Below are positions 13,766 through 28,851 of a stretch of 64,000 nt of DNA, one piece after another. The notes beneath the pieces were generated by a model. That model had not been told where the DNA came from. It was given only the letters and a program-made list of their open reading frames with translations, and did not search any database. Every line of letters begins with the position of its first letter. Within the stretch, counting starts at the first letter, position 1. The stretch is taken from the NCBI GenBank assembly GCA_964016885.1, contig OZ024745.1:45260001-45324000 (forward strand). The letters run 5' to 3'. This stretch comes from Eledone cirrhosa. Its lineage: Eukaryota. The position numbers and the translations under genes were made by a program.

Positions 13766-13900
13766 TACTTGATCACAAGAATATTTTGTTAATATTTTGA
13801 ATTAATATTAATAACTCTGGAAAACCTTTTTACTGTTAAGTGCTTCCAATTTATTGTAAAACTCATTCTTTGATTTATTCATTGAACCTTGTTTAACTTT

Positions 13901-13935
<35 letters not shown>

Positions 13936-14023
13936 AACAAGGGGAGAATAATACTGCAAGGTTGCACATGGATTACATATTATAAAATTAGTCCCTCATC
14001 AGTGATTTGCCAACCATCATTGG

Positions 14024-14054
<31 letters not shown>

Positions 14055-14061
<7 letters not shown>

Positions 14062-14212
14062 CAGAATATTCATAAATAAAGACATTCACATAATCAAAAT
14101 ATATGTTTTATTATATATATTTCGAAGGTACTGTGCTGTTTTTTCAGTACGTCCTTGTCAGATAAAATACATGAATTGATGTATGACATAGCTCAACGGT
14201 CTTGATGGTGCA
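14055..14212 (-). mobile_element. Diverged solo family-B-related pLTR fragment with degenerate HHR (14106-14167)
   Basis: Minus strand TTTTAT-CTGACAA-GGACGTACTG...CAGTACCTTC-GAAA-TATATATA-ATAAAA; core G8>A; (TA)n on both sides. Confidence 0.7.
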
Positions 14213-14230
14213 ATATATATATATATATAT

Positions 14231-14998
14231 CTTCCAAATCTTTCAAACTTTCAGATTGGTTATAACATACACGCATTTTATTTTATTTTTTTATTTTATT
14301 TTATTCTTTTATTATCTTATTCTTTTTACTATTTTATTTTTTTGTCTATTCATTTTTTAAATTTTATTTTACCTTTTTATTTCTTTATTTTCTTTTCTTT
14401 TTTTTTTCTTTTCTTCATTTTTTAATTTTTAATTTTCTTCATTTTATTGCCTTATCTTTTATTTCTCCATTTTACTTCATCTTATTTCTTCATCTGTTTG
14501 GCACCCCTCCCCACCACCACGAGAAATGGTGGCAGGATAGATGCCAGCACACACACAAATTCTTCTAAAAATAGCAGCAGCCGAACTAAAGCTGACCCCA
14601 ACACCAACACCAACACAAGGGAGGAGGTCAGCTGTATTTAACAAAAACAACCACAACAGATTGCCTTGCCTCAGAAAACATTTCTATAGACTTTTGACTG
14701 AGGAATGTTCTCACAACTGACCAATGGGAGGAGAGAGTGTCTTTTGACGCCGAAAAACGTTTGTTCGAATTCATATGATTCCAGTTCCTCAGAGAAATAA
14801 CAACCCAACCAGGAACTGGGCATATCGGAGTATTGACGGAGTTAAATACCTCAACAACATGTGTAACCGTCTCTACCACACCAATTCGGACTGCCTGAAG
14901 AGGTCACAGCCAAAGATGGCTGTCACCGAAATATATATAGCAGCACACCTTTAATAAACGAAGCCAAATTTTAAATATTTGACTTATTTATTTTATTT

Positions 14999-15004
<6 letters not shown>
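14231..15004 (+). mobile_element. 5'-truncated family-A PLE 3' end (non-inverted, tail-less)
   Basis: 14771-15004 aligns with 1138-1362 and ends in (TA)n at the same position as the left arm of the 901 element; upstream is T-rich, UTR-like sequence. Confidence 0.75.
14891..14943 (+). ncRNA. Hammerhead ribozyme, family A, third copy
   Basis: CTGC-CTGAAGA-GGTCACAGCCAAAGATGGCTGTCACC-GAAA-TATATATA-GCAG; identical to 1258-1310 while the flanks have diverged. Confidence 0.85.
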
Positions 15005-15041
<37 letters not shown>

Positions 15042-15180
15042 TAAGATGTATGGTAGGTCGTATGTGAATCGCGATGATCAATGTCTGACCTATCAAATAT
15101 ATGACGGTATCTAGTTAAGCTCTATGCTAGCCTTAAGTGATACGTTGATGTAAATAATGATCTTACAATCACATGTTATA

Positions 15181-15227
15181 TGCCTTGAAAAATCCCACAA
15201 TGAGGTCGGACGAAACGGCTGTCGGCA
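15181..15227 (+). ncRNA. Degenerate HHR-like motif in another TA-flanked insert (15040-15274)
   Basis: TGCC-TTGAAAA-aTCC...GGAc-GAAA-C-GGCT-G-TC-GGCA followed by AATAAA. Stems I and III and the GUC site are intact; the core is mutated. Confidence 0.5.
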
Positions 15228-15288
15228 ATAAACTTGTTATAATGTCATAATAGTTCCTTTGTTCTTTTTCACTAATATATATATATAT

Positions 15289-15481
15289 ATAGGAACAAGT
15301 AAGACCCCGACGGCTGAGCTCAAGCCGTTTCGACGGCTAATTCTGGACCAGAATTAGCCGTCGAAACGGCTTGAGCTCAGCCGTCGGGGTCTTACTTGTT
15401 CCTATTACCCACTCTACTACCCTAAGTATTGAGTACTTTGGTGCGTTATGGTCCACCTGGTTCCTTACCACATTTCCTTCG
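15289..15481 (+). mobile_element. ~190-bp hairpin element, family C, copy 1
   Basis: Perfect 58-bp inverted arms (15289-15346/15348-15405), 1-nt spacer, 75-nt tail, within (TA)n; contains GAAA-CGGC-TTGAGCTCA-GCCG-TC (HHR 3' half). Confidence 0.9.
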
Positions 15482-15492
15482 ATATATATAAA

Positions 15493-15523
<31 letters not shown>

Positions 15524-15534
15524 CTAGTCGCACC

Positions 15535-15730
15535 TGGCAGTATCGGTGAGTGCCGGATAGCTTGGCAGCATAGTTACAGTCCTTTACAGTCTGAGTTCAA
15601 ATACCGACGAGGTTAGCTTTATCTTTCATCCTTATCCTTACGGGGTCGATAAAATATACCATCAGTAATGCACTGGGGTCGATTTAATCGATTTTCATCT
15701 CCCCCAAATTGTTGGCCTTGTGCCTAAATC
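15535..15730 (+). mobile_element. tRNA-derived SINE (dominant family)
   Basis: tggcagtatcgg...GAGTTCAAATACC...ggggtcgataaaat...ggccttgtgcc. Confidence 0.75.
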
Positions 15731-16798
15731 ATAAACCATGACTATTTTTCCTATATATATAATGTATATATATATTGTATATATATATATATGTATATGT
15801 ATATATGCATCTGTTTGTATGTCTGTTTGTACTCACGTATATAAATAGCTGTATATCCATCCATTCATTCATATATCTACATATTTTGTCTGCAGACATA
15901 TTATTTCGCCTTGCTATATGAAACATCAGCTTTCGATGGTAATTGTTCATATCTCTAGACCGATTACTTATGTTTGTTTGTGCTGTGAACCGTGTCTCGA
16001 AAATGTTATATATGTTATACATATGCACATATAAACACATATATATACATTCATGAATTTGTTTGATTCGACATCTACACAATAAATTTAGCGTACATAG
16101 TAAATCATCGCTGTCAGCAACAGACTGGATATTTTGCCGACTGATTGGTCAACTGGTTCACTGGAGGCCTTATGAAACTTTTTATGTCTCTAATCGAAGC
16201 ATTCAAAAGAGAATGCCGATCACTTTGGTTCCCGTTTGTAACAACCTTTCATGATTTCCTGCAGTGGTTTATGTATGCTGGGTAATGCAATCTTTACAGT
16301 CTCACTTGCTCTGTTATTTATTGCTCTTACATATAATTCGGAATGCAAAATACCTCCGTCGGTTCCGACGATGAGTGTTCCACTTGGTGTACATGGCTGA
16401 CCATTCCATAGACATTTGTATTCTTAATGTATTTCTGAGAGATATTTTGCGTGATACTCTATGATAAAACTGGTCCTTTCAACGACAGGCGTCTAGTTTC
16501 CGAACAATTTCTAAACAGTTTTCAGTGTTCGACGTTTTCTAAATAGATAATATATCGACCCCTTCCGAGGTCGATAAAATAAAGCACCAGTAAGTACTGG
16601 GGTCGATTTAATTGACTTTCCCCTCCCCTTCAAATTACTGGCCTTGTGCCTAAAGCAGAAACAATTTTATATATATATATATATATACAATATATTAATA
16701 AATGGAAACTATATATTTAAAACCATATTTATTTTATTATATATATTTCAAGGGCAACGAAGGCAAATTATGGCGCGCTTCCATATATATATATATAT

Positions 16799-17952
16799 CT
16801 AGGGCGGGTAAAATTCCCGAGATCCATGGACGAGTTCTCTCCAGCGGTCTCTGTCCCTCATTATCGCTGCCATGTCCTGCGTCTCCAACAGACCAGTGTC
16901 TGTCCTTAGGGCATCAACATACGTTAACATTGGTCTTCCTCTTCCAGTGTGTCCATGTAGGGGCTCCCACAGGAGCACTGAGTGCAATGTCAACTCTGGA
17001 TGTCGGTGAGCATGTCCAGCTAACCTCAGTCTCCTCTGTGTCACTTTTGAGCTGACTTTTGGGATGCTCCCATGCAGCTCTGAGTTTTTCATCCTCAGTG
17101 TATACTGATTAATGTTCAGAGCCATCCTCAGCATTCTCGTTTAGGATCCATCCACCATCTGAGTGAGTTTCTTTGTCCGTGTCCGAGTCTCAGATCGGTA
17201 GAGTAGCACAGACTCCACTACAGCAATGAAGAGGCGGATTTTCAGGTCTTTACGAAGGTCCAACTTACACACCGATCTCAAGCTGTGGCACGCCGCCCAG
17301 GCTTTGCTCTTCCTCTCAACCACACCATCTTCCGTATTCCCAATCTTTGCTCCCAAATACAGGAAGTCCTCAACCGATTCTAGCGGCTTCCCGCCTACAT
17401 TAGTGATCCCCTCTGGCTTCTCAACATTCTCTATCAGTCACATCCTGATGCTGAGGAAGATATTAGAGGGAGCTAGAGCAAAGTGCCTTCCTGCGGTCAT
17501 GGTTTTCATTGACTTTAGGAAGGCCTTTGATTCTGTGGACCGTCACTGACTGATGAAGATCTTACAGGCTTATGGAATTCGAAAGAAGATAGTGGACCTG
17601 ATATCACTGCTCTACACCAACACCAAAGTCCAAGTCATTACACCTGATGGGATGACAGAGTTCTTTGAGATACTGGCATACTGGCTGGAGTGCTCCAGGG
17701 AGATACATTGGCTCCCTATCCTTTTATCATCGTAGTGGACTATTGTATGCGCCTTGCACTGGAGAAACACCAGGACTCTGGCTTTACTGTAGCACCGGAT
17801 CAGAGCAGGAGAATTAAGGCGAAAAAGGTATCGGATGCTGAATTTGCCGACGACATAGTTTTGGTGACAAATACAGTGAAGGAGGCAGAGGATTTGATGC
17901 AGGAGGTTGAGACTGTGTCGATGAGTGTAGGGCTGAGAATGAATGAGACTAA
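16799..17952 (-). mobile_element. RTE-clade LINE, 5'-truncated with 5' inversion
   Basis: Minus 17435-16799: DFLYLG...ESVLLY.SET...RRLRLAGH...GRGRP...RDRDRWR. Plus 17430-17952: FIDFRKAFDSV, GVLQGDTLAP, FADDIVL, GLRMNETK. The two pieces are consecutive in an RTE ORF but lie in opposite orientations. Confidence 0.9.
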
Positions 17953-19884
17953 AAAAAAAAAAAAAAGATATATATATATATATATATTTTTTACTGTCCA
18001 CAAAGCCCCAGCATCAGTCGGCACTATCTTTACCTTATAATTATAATAATTATAATAACAATGGTTACTAATTTAAGTACAAGATCGACATCTTAAGGTG
18101 AGAGTTAAAGTCTATTAATTTAACTACAGTAACTAAGTCTGCTTGATCTTATATTTATTTACACGTAACGTTGCAGATTCTTCTGTTACTTCTCCCCATC
18201 CTCATCATTCTTGTTAAGAAACTCTACAACAACGACAACACCAACTCCTGTTGCTGTTGCTGCTACCGTTGCTGCTGTTGTTGCTACTATTGCTCCTGCT
18301 GCTGCCACCACCGCCTCCGTTCCTGTTGCAGCTATTAATATTAAATTAGAAATTAAGTGAAACCCACACATGTGCATGTTTGATTATTAACGAAAATAAT
18401 CTAAACATATCATTATATGATGAATTGAAATAACTGTATTTTTTTTTTTTTTACCAATTTGATAGGAAATGTTGTTATTTTTGTTTTTGTCAACACAAAC
18501 ATCGCATTGGTCGGGACAGATATGTAAAGTTGAGGTTATTGATCTAAACATAATTTAGTTAATCAATGGTTTATTGAGTTCAAAAATGCAGGCGTGTGAA
18601 AAGATCTGAAATAATTTAGTGCAAGTCTTGAAGACATATGTGCATAGAAGTTGGATAAATTGGCAATATTTTTATGTTGCTGAGTTGCAGTTTGAATTCT
18701 CACCTTTTCTGACTCATTATAAATATTCAATGTTAAAAAAACAAAACAAACAAAAACATAACCATATGGTTCAATAATATATTTTAGGATTTTCATCTTT
18801 GGTAGAAAAATAACAGCAACTATGTTTATCACTATATCTAATTGTATGATTGTACAGGAATATGAAAAGGAATCATTATCTGACACACGCACAAAAGTGC
18901 TATAAGTGAACTGCAAACTTTGGCAGTGCATGTTATAATTCACAAGGTTAATGCACTTTATATTCGTAACTTTGAGATCAAAACAGAAGAGTAGGACAGG
19001 TGAGGTCTGTGTGAATACAGATTTAAAGGACATTTATGAAATATGGGAAATAGTTACAATAGGAAACAGAAATAAATCTAATGCTCAGCCACTTACACGC
19101 TAATTCCATGAGCAGGTTGTTCCTTTGATCGAACAAATAGAACGCTCATCTTTGAAACCGACGGAACACTATTTTATTTCATTTTATTTCAAGCGTATAA
19201 TACATTATACACGAAGGTTACAGCTCCATTCTTGTCGAGGTTTATTGTTTTGTTTGACATTCTGATATATTTCCAGATAATCTATCTTTGTCAAGATTCA
19301 CATCAATGGTTACTCCCAGAACAACTGTTTTCTTTACGAATAAGTTATTCCCTTTAAATAAAGCCATACCTAATTTCAACTGACAGCCAAGTAATTTACA
19401 CTTGTTATTTTCCCACCAACTATATCAGTGGTAGAATAATATGATCTTTGGACTTTATGATTTTTAAAAAAGTGAATGTATGACATTTCTTTCCTCTATT
19501 AGTATTGTTTATTATCATGAACCGCTATCGGAATCGGCATATAACCATTCTAATCACATTTCCACGGCGTACAGTATTTATTTGCTTCATTAAAATAAAA
19601 GTTATGTTATCTAAAAGGATGTTTATTACTTTAGCATATCAGATTTTATGCAGGGGATTCATGTAAAATCTTCGTTAACAATTATTTAATTTTGTCATCT
19701 TGGCAATTAACATCAATGAACGACTGGCTGCGGTAGAATTTTAAATGTTACTGATAATTTGATAGCTTCCTGGTGTAATTCATACCCCATATGGCGAAAT
19801 ATAACGATTTCCAGCGTTATGTTGATTATCTATGAAATATTCAGACCCACTTACATGTAAAAACAACTTCCCAAAGAAATAGAT

Positions 19885-20224
19885 AATCGTTAGAGCATCG
19901 GATGAAATCGATTGCAGTATTTCGCTATGTCCTGCTACATCCTGGTTTTAAATCCCGCCGAGGTTAGATTTACCTTCCTTCCTTACGGGGTCGATAAATA
20001 AAGCACCAGTAATAGACTAGGGTCGATTTAATCAATTTTCCCTTCCCCCTAAATTCCTGACCTTGCTTTGAAGCCATGCTTTGAAGCATAGAGTTACTTC
20101 CCTTTATGATCTGAGTTCAAATCCCGCCGAGGTTAACTTTGCCTTTCATCCTTACAGGGTCGATAAAATAAAGTACCAGTAATACACTGGGATAATTGCT
20201 GGCATTGTGCCAAAAGTAGAAACA

Positions 20225-20230
<6 letters not shown>
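19885..20230 (+). mobile_element. Two adjacent SINE copies followed by (ATT)n
   Basis: aaatcccgccgaggtta...ccttac.gggtcgataaa occurs twice (~19950, ~20120). Confidence 0.75.
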
Positions 20231-20268
<38 letters not shown>

Positions 20269-20794
20269 CGTAAGAAAAATTATGATAGAAACAATTGGGG
20301 GGTTTTGAAACAAATCAAAGGAAAGGGAAAGATGGAAAAAACAATATATCTTACAAAAAAGTAGGAAAAAGAGAGAAAAATATTTAGAAAAATAGAATGG
20401 GGTGGGGGAGAAATACGAATATAAATAGTAATAATTGAGAAAATAAATAAGATAGTATTTGAAATAAATTCATGCATAATGAGGGATAGAAGGAGAGGGA
20501 GAGAGAGAGAGAGAGAGAGAGAGCGTGTGAGAGAATGTGTGACAGAGAGAGTGAAAGTGAGTAAATTAGAAGGAGAGTGTGTAAGAGAGAGAGAAAGGTA
20601 TAATAAAAAAGGAGAAAGAATGGAAAAAGATAGAAAGAACAATGTTTAGAAGTGAAACATGTGGGTGAAAAGGGGCTGTGGAAAAAGAGATGGATATATT
20701 GTGTGCATATCTATATACTTATATTACATACACACCCATATATACTATGTTATCTATCTATCTCTTTCTCTCGCTCGCTCTCTCTCTATATATT

Positions 20795-20795
<1 letters not shown>

Positions 20796-20841
<46 letters not shown>

Positions 20842-20864
20842 TTCTCTCTCTCTCTCTCTCTCCC

Positions 20865-20928
<64 letters not shown>

Positions 20929-21042
20929 TATATTATATATATATATATACATATATATACACACACACACACATATATATATACATATATATATACACAC
21001 ACACACATATATATATATACATATATATATATACATATATAT

Positions 21043-21095
<53 letters not shown>

Positions 21096-21306
21096 CATTT
21101 ATATATATATACATATATATATACATTTATATATATATATATATATGTATATATATAAGATCCCGTTAAGGGTGAAAGCAGCGATTCCTTGCTAAAACTT
21201 TAATATGTTATTTTAATAAATATTTGCTCTACGGTTCTTATATATTTGATATATATTTATCCTTATCGAACCCTCTTTGGATTTTAGTCTTCAAATTTAT
21301 TATTAT

Positions 21307-21376
<70 letters not shown>
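20796..21376. repeat. (TC)n and (TA)n/(TACA) compound microsatellite, interrupted by a family-E insert
   Basis: Directly visible. Confidence 0.9.
21157..21309 (+). mobile_element. Family E short PLE-like 3' end (no fold-back)
   Basis: AAGATCCCGTTAAGGGTGAAAGCAGCG...tail; near-identical to 37389-37537(-) and 45356-45510(-); within (TA)n. Confidence 0.8.
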
Positions 21377-21381
<5 letters not shown>

Positions 21382-21422
21382 CGAAACATAAGTCAATTGC
21401 ATGAACTCATAATCCTTTATTT

Positions 21423-21478
21423 ACTGCTATATATATTTCGATGATAGCCATTGAATGGCTATGACCTCATCAAGCAGT
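21423..21478 (-). ncRNA. Family-A-related HHR variant (C3U core) with compensatory stem II changes
   Basis: Minus strand ACTGC-TTGATGA-GGTCATAGCCA-TTCAA-TGGCTATCATC-GAAA-TATATATA-GCAGT. Confidence 0.7.
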
Positions 21479-21546
21479 TAGTCAGTTCTCAGATATCCCA
21501 GCTCTGTGTTTATAGTGATGATGGTATCAGAGCCTTTCTATATGTA

Positions 21547-21608
<62 letters not shown>

Positions 21609-21651
21609 AATGTATATAGATATACAAATATATATGTAGATATGTATGTGA

Positions 21652-21693
<42 letters not shown>

Positions 21694-22479
21694 CCCCATA
21701 TATATGAATAAAGCCCTTATTGTATAGCAAACCACTCTTCTTTCTTGATTTATATATATATATATATATATATGTATGCACACATATATGAATCTATCTC
21801 TCTCTCTCTGTATATATATATATAAGATCAAAAGATGGTTAAAAGAGTTCCAAGTATTTTATTATGCGCATTTCAAAAACAAATATCATCCTGGGATGAT
21901 ATCTGCATTTTCATCAGATAAAATAGGGATACATGGTATGAAGCTTAAAAAACACTTGTGAATAGTGAAGTTTTAAATCAACATTATTTATACTCCAGTC
22001 CTACAAACTGTAGAGTGCTACTTATCCGATATTTGCATTGCTTTATTGTGCTACAATAAAACTCACCTCCTATATATATATATATGGGTGTATGTGTGTA
22101 TATGAACATTTTCGTCTTGGTGTATGTTTGTGTGGAGAGAGGAGAGAAAGAGGAATAAATAGATTGAGGTGAGGGGGGGGGGGGCAGTAAATGGAGAGTA
22201 CAGTTTTAAATAAAACGAAAAATAAATAAATTCGACGTGGGAACGAAAAAATGTACGAGCTAGTTTTTAGAAAAAAAAAAATCTTTGGTGCACTTTGATC
22301 ACGTGATGAGGGTATGGCACTGTAACCTGCAGTTCATGCAGATTTCTAAATTGTTGATGCATTTGTTGTTGCTGCTAATGTTGTATTGGTTACTGTTGTT
22401 GTTGTAATCTTACCGATTCTTAAGCGAGTAAATGTTCCATGTAGCGGCTTATTTTTGATCTATTTTCTGTGTATACTGC

Positions 22480-23730
<1,251 letters not shown>

Positions 23731-24389
23731 CACTGATATTTATTTGAATGCCATTCTGTGTGCGCGTTTGTATTCGATATATCGTTACACTCCAAGAAAC
23801 CTTTTTTCAAGTATAGGAAATAGGAAACTTTAGCAAATATCTCAATAAAGATAGAAAGATGGAGACACTGTTTTGTGTTTATTGTTTGTTTTATCGTACT
23901 TTACCATTTTGGTAATTTTACCCTAGTCTATTTTCATACTTTCACTTCCAAATGAAAGTGCTTTGGTTTATTTGGAAGAGAGTCTGTGACATCTTTCCTA
24001 TCTGAGATAGATGCTTTCGGCTATAGAAGCGGCGTCGTATTTGGATAGTTTATTGTTTTTGTTAATTGTTAATGCTATCGGGGTTATTTTTGCTGCTGCT
24101 CTCGTTGCTCCAAAATGTAAATATTACTGTTCTATTGCTATTGTTGCTTATTATTGTTGCCATGCTATTATTAATATTACAATTCTTTTCTATATCAAAG
24201 AGACGCTGGAGATATATTGCCGTTCTCACCGGAGCAGGTTTATATTCATTTCTCCATTGCTCTTGAGTAAAATGTAAGCAAAACATCATAAACACTGTAA
24301 TTGTTCTTCTTATCTAATCTGGCTTTCAAAAAATTATTTCGACTGGCTATTCTGTAATATGTTCAGATAATAGACACATAGACACAGGA

Positions 24390-24432
<43 letters not shown>

Positions 24433-25527
24433 TACATGCAGGGTCTCCCCACAAAATGTTTACACACTTCAGCAGCAGATATCTCAAAGTGTGTGTGTAT
24501 ATAAATATATATATATATACATACATACATACATACATACATACAGTAGAAGTTTATATATATATACATATATAAACTACTACAATCGTCAGTGGCAATC
24601 GAGTATGGCTTGATAGTAAGTGCTAAGTGTTTTACATGCCCATGAAGTCGCGAGCATATGCAGACGACCCCCCCCCCCCCTCCATTCTCCCCCCTCCGTG
24701 ATCCAGCAAAACATCCAAGATGTGACAGCTGGAAGGAAATGGGCTGCACGAACAAGCAAGTACTCTGGTACTTTCTTTGTTTGCTGAAGAGATCGAATCC
24801 GGTTCAGAAACTTACATTTTTAAAAATCGTTTTGGTAGAATTAATGAATGTGGTGAAAGTATGAGAGTTTTAGTTGCGACAATATTGTATTGTCTTTTTA
24901 ATATATTAGTTTTCATGAGGGTGGTGGATTGGAAGTATCGATAGAGCATTGGACAACATGCTTTATGACAGAGGGTTACGGCCCTTTACTTTCTGAGTTC
25001 AAATCCCACAGAGATCAGATTTGCCTTTCAAGACATTATATTTACCACTCTATTGTTTATATATTAAGTACCTATACATCGTTAGTGTTTGGTCCGATTA
25101 TAGCCACTCCCTTTTTGAGGGAGTATTTACAGGGTCGCGTCACCTTGTATTACAAATTACATCTTACGGTCTTAAATATACAATGAAGTCCTTCATATAA
25201 ATTATGGTAGAGTTGTCACATGGTTTGGACTTTGATGATCCTAGGTCTGCCAGATTAGAGTAGATATTTGTCTAATAAACAACATTGTGCTCCCCCTCCA
25301 AATAATTCTTAACTTGCTCATATATTTTCTGTCAATCCTTTATTTAGACTAAAGCATCAGAATTATGTGGTAATCTTTCACAACTTTTTCGTTTCCAAAG
25401 TAAATGTCTATTTTTTATAATTTAAATGTATATAGATTCATTTTGTCCGCGAATATTGTTAATTATCCATCTATCTATCTATCTGTCTATCTATCTCTGT
25501 GTATCTATCTCAGTCTGTCCGTCTATC

Positions 25528-25603
<76 letters not shown>

Positions 25604-26934
25604 AGCTTATGATACTTATAATAGTAATAGTTGATAATAGCTGCTGTATTATTATCAACAAAGACAATAATGAGATCACAGTGACGTAAAAACGAGAAAA
25701 AAGATTGTGGATATTTAGAGTGCTATTTATGATAAGGATGACGGCTACTGGACACGACAGAGTTGATTGTAGATACGAGAATGACAATGAAAACCATAAC
25801 GAGGATGATTATGATGAAAATACAAAGAAGGAAAATCTTTGACGTTGATGAAAACGATGACAACGGCAACAAAACCAATTGTAACTGAAAGGCCTTTCAT
25901 AATAGTAACATTGTGCGAAATGATGAAGACGTCATTTCCTCTTGGTAGTTTCTAGTAAAGAATTTAAGCAGTGACAGATGTGCATGCAAATGAATGCAAT
26001 ATTCCAGATAGATCTGCTTCAACAGTAGTATTGTTCAAACATGTACGTCTACTTGGACACAAGTAGGTGGTAATAATGAGGATAATGGATTTGTACAAGG
26101 AAAGATAAAATTAAAACAAATCATTATTCCGTCGGGATTAGTTAAGGTTTAGGAAGAAAATCGATGGTGGTGAGGTACTAGAAATAAAAAAATGTATTGA
26201 CCCGTTTTGTATAGGAAGTAATGGTGTGGCAGTTTGCCAAGGTCGGGTTGTAAATAAATATGAACAATAATAAAGAAAAAACAGCAACTTCCAGATTTAC
26301 TTCGTAGAAAGAAATAAAAATGTAATATGTATATATATATATATATATATATGGAAATTGTATATGGAAATATATATATATATATATATATATATGGAAA
26401 TTGTTGTTTTTTCTTTATATAAATATCCTAATATAATATCCTATTATAACAGACTAATTTCTCAACTTCAAATATTAACCCCGAGCTTCGACAGAATTAA
26501 TATTTAAAGGAGGCAAGATAGAGTAAAACAAGTTTCCGAGAGGTTATATTCGGGATGTGTTTAGCTTTGAGAAGGGGGGTTTATATGATGGTATGCGAGT
26601 CAAAATCATCCAGTGATCTTTTAATAAAATGGCAAAAAGCTAGTAAACATTTTTTTTTATTTTCTAGATATTACAATTTAATGAGAATTAACTTAGTGAC
26701 CAAGAAATCTGTCTGGTACATGGATAAACGAATTGAATGCAGCTACATTTCAAATAATTATCAATATAAATGCATAGTGTTCAATAGGGCGATTAAATAA
26801 GTCAGATTTTCTGAAAGTGATTACAGTAAAGGGATTTAGAACAACCCAAAGATTAAAATAATCAATTTAAAGCCATCAGTTGTGATGAACAGATGGGATA
26901 AATAAGGGAAACAACAATACAGTTCATTATTTTT

Positions 26935-27047
26935 GAAATCCTGCCGAGGTTGACTTTGCCTTTCATCCTTACGGGGTCGATAAAATAAAGTACTAGTAAT
27001 GCACTGGGTAATTGCTGGCCTTGTGCCTAAAGTAGAAACAATTATTT
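26935..27047 (+). mobile_element. SINE 3' half (dominant family)
   Basis: gaaatcctgccgaggttgactttgcctttcatccttacggggtcgataaaataaagtac...agaaacaatta. Confidence 0.75.
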
Positions 27048-28772
27048 TTGACAAGAAGGTTTAAGCAAGGAGAATAAAATAGTCGAAATTAACCCAGAAA
27101 ATTAGTGATGTCTTAATAAAGTATATAGCCAATTTCCACGATTTATTATATAAATGTGAAATCCGAGATTCTTTGGACACAGGATGTTTATAACATCTCA
27201 AAGAAAATCAATAGTTTCAACCGTAAACCGTAATCAGTAGTTTAATCATGGCGAGCTTAACACATTTTTCTTGATGTTCATGCTACCACAGTAACCATAA
27301 CTATCGAGACTTGTAGATATTCCACATTTTACAAATGTTCTTATTTGTACTCTGAAGATTTAGAGATCTGTGTTTTATTATGTTGAAAATTCCAATTCTG
27401 TTTTTGATTTCGTTCCATAATTAAGCCTTTCCTAAGCGTAACACATGAACATGTTTCATCATGTTAAAAATGTCGATTAAATCTTAAGTTAAGTGTGTTT
27501 AAAGCGTAACACGGACATATACGGTGACAAGTAGAATAATATTATTGACACTAGTCACAATAAAAGAAGCAACATATTTAAAGTCTACAACGCATAATAT
27601 CATATCATCCTTCGTTGCATTATTATTATTATTGCAACCCAGTTATTGGAAAGGTATGTACATGCCGCCTAGCGGCAACATCTGTCTTTGGCTTGAGAGA
27701 CAAGAAAGCATATGAAATCTTTATCAGAAACGAACTGAGAGAAGTTGTTCCTAAAAGGTTGGACTGAAGTACGACCGCATAAAGCGCCCCATTGGGCTAC
27801 TATCGACTGACCGGCGTGCCCTGTCGCAAGTAACATCAACCATACTGGTTGTTTCTTGTGGTAGGAATAAAATGAATTCAATAGTCAAGAAATCCATCTG
27901 TTGCCAATAAACACTCCGTGGAGGTCTCGCGGTGGCATTGCCGTTTCTTTAACAGAGCTGCAGCCCTGGATCAAATGCAGACCGAGGATGGGCGTCCATC
28001 AAGTAGAATGCTGCCAAGCTCCCGTCACATTACCAACTGGACAGTAATCAACTGCCTGAAAAAAATGTTCGCTTTCCTCGGAGGTTTAGTGGAGGGAATG
28101 ATTGACGATGGCCTAGAAACCACTCTTGGCATCGACGAGGACAATTTCTGCAGACTCTTCTGCCTAGCGTAGAAATCATTATTATTATCATTGTTGTTGT
28201 TGTTATTATCAGTTTAGTGTATCAGGTTTCCTAACAATATATGTCAATTTCTAAGGACATATAAACACATTACAGTAAGTATTGAGTACTTTATCCGTGT
28301 TTGTAAGTACCAAAGTCCACCAGCCCCCACCCCCTATATATATATAATACAATACAATATAAATAAAAATATGTATTTATATAAAATGGGAGCCAGAAAG
28401 AAAGCGTAAAGTGGGAGCAGGTGTTAAATAGGTAGACACCTAGAGATAGAAAGTAATAGATAGCTGTTAGATAAATTGTAAATATTCCTGCACGACTGTT
28501 TTACTCAGCAGCCATTTTAAAGAGGTTAGACTGTAAAGAAACTACAGATGTTCGTCTATATTTATTTAATTTGTAAACGTTTTCTTCCTTTATTTGGGAC
28601 AGAGCCATGGGTGGTATTGATTAATTCATGATAGACAGGGATATGGCGTCTAATCCCAAATATTTTGCAAAACGTATCATTCTCACATTCTCACTCTCCA
28701 TATTGACTCTCTTTTTATCACTGACACACTTTTCACATTGGATTTTCCCCTCCCTCTTTCTTTCGCTGTGTC

Positions 28773-28851
<79 letters not shown>

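Noticed and set aside
13990-14010. HHR at minus-strand CTGATGAGGGAC
   Set aside because: No downstream stem II partner or GAAA.
18563-19033. 156-aa ORF or hAT transposase remnant
   Set aside because: Low-information AT-rich ORF with only a faint HCxxH-like similarity on the opposite strand; not enough to call.
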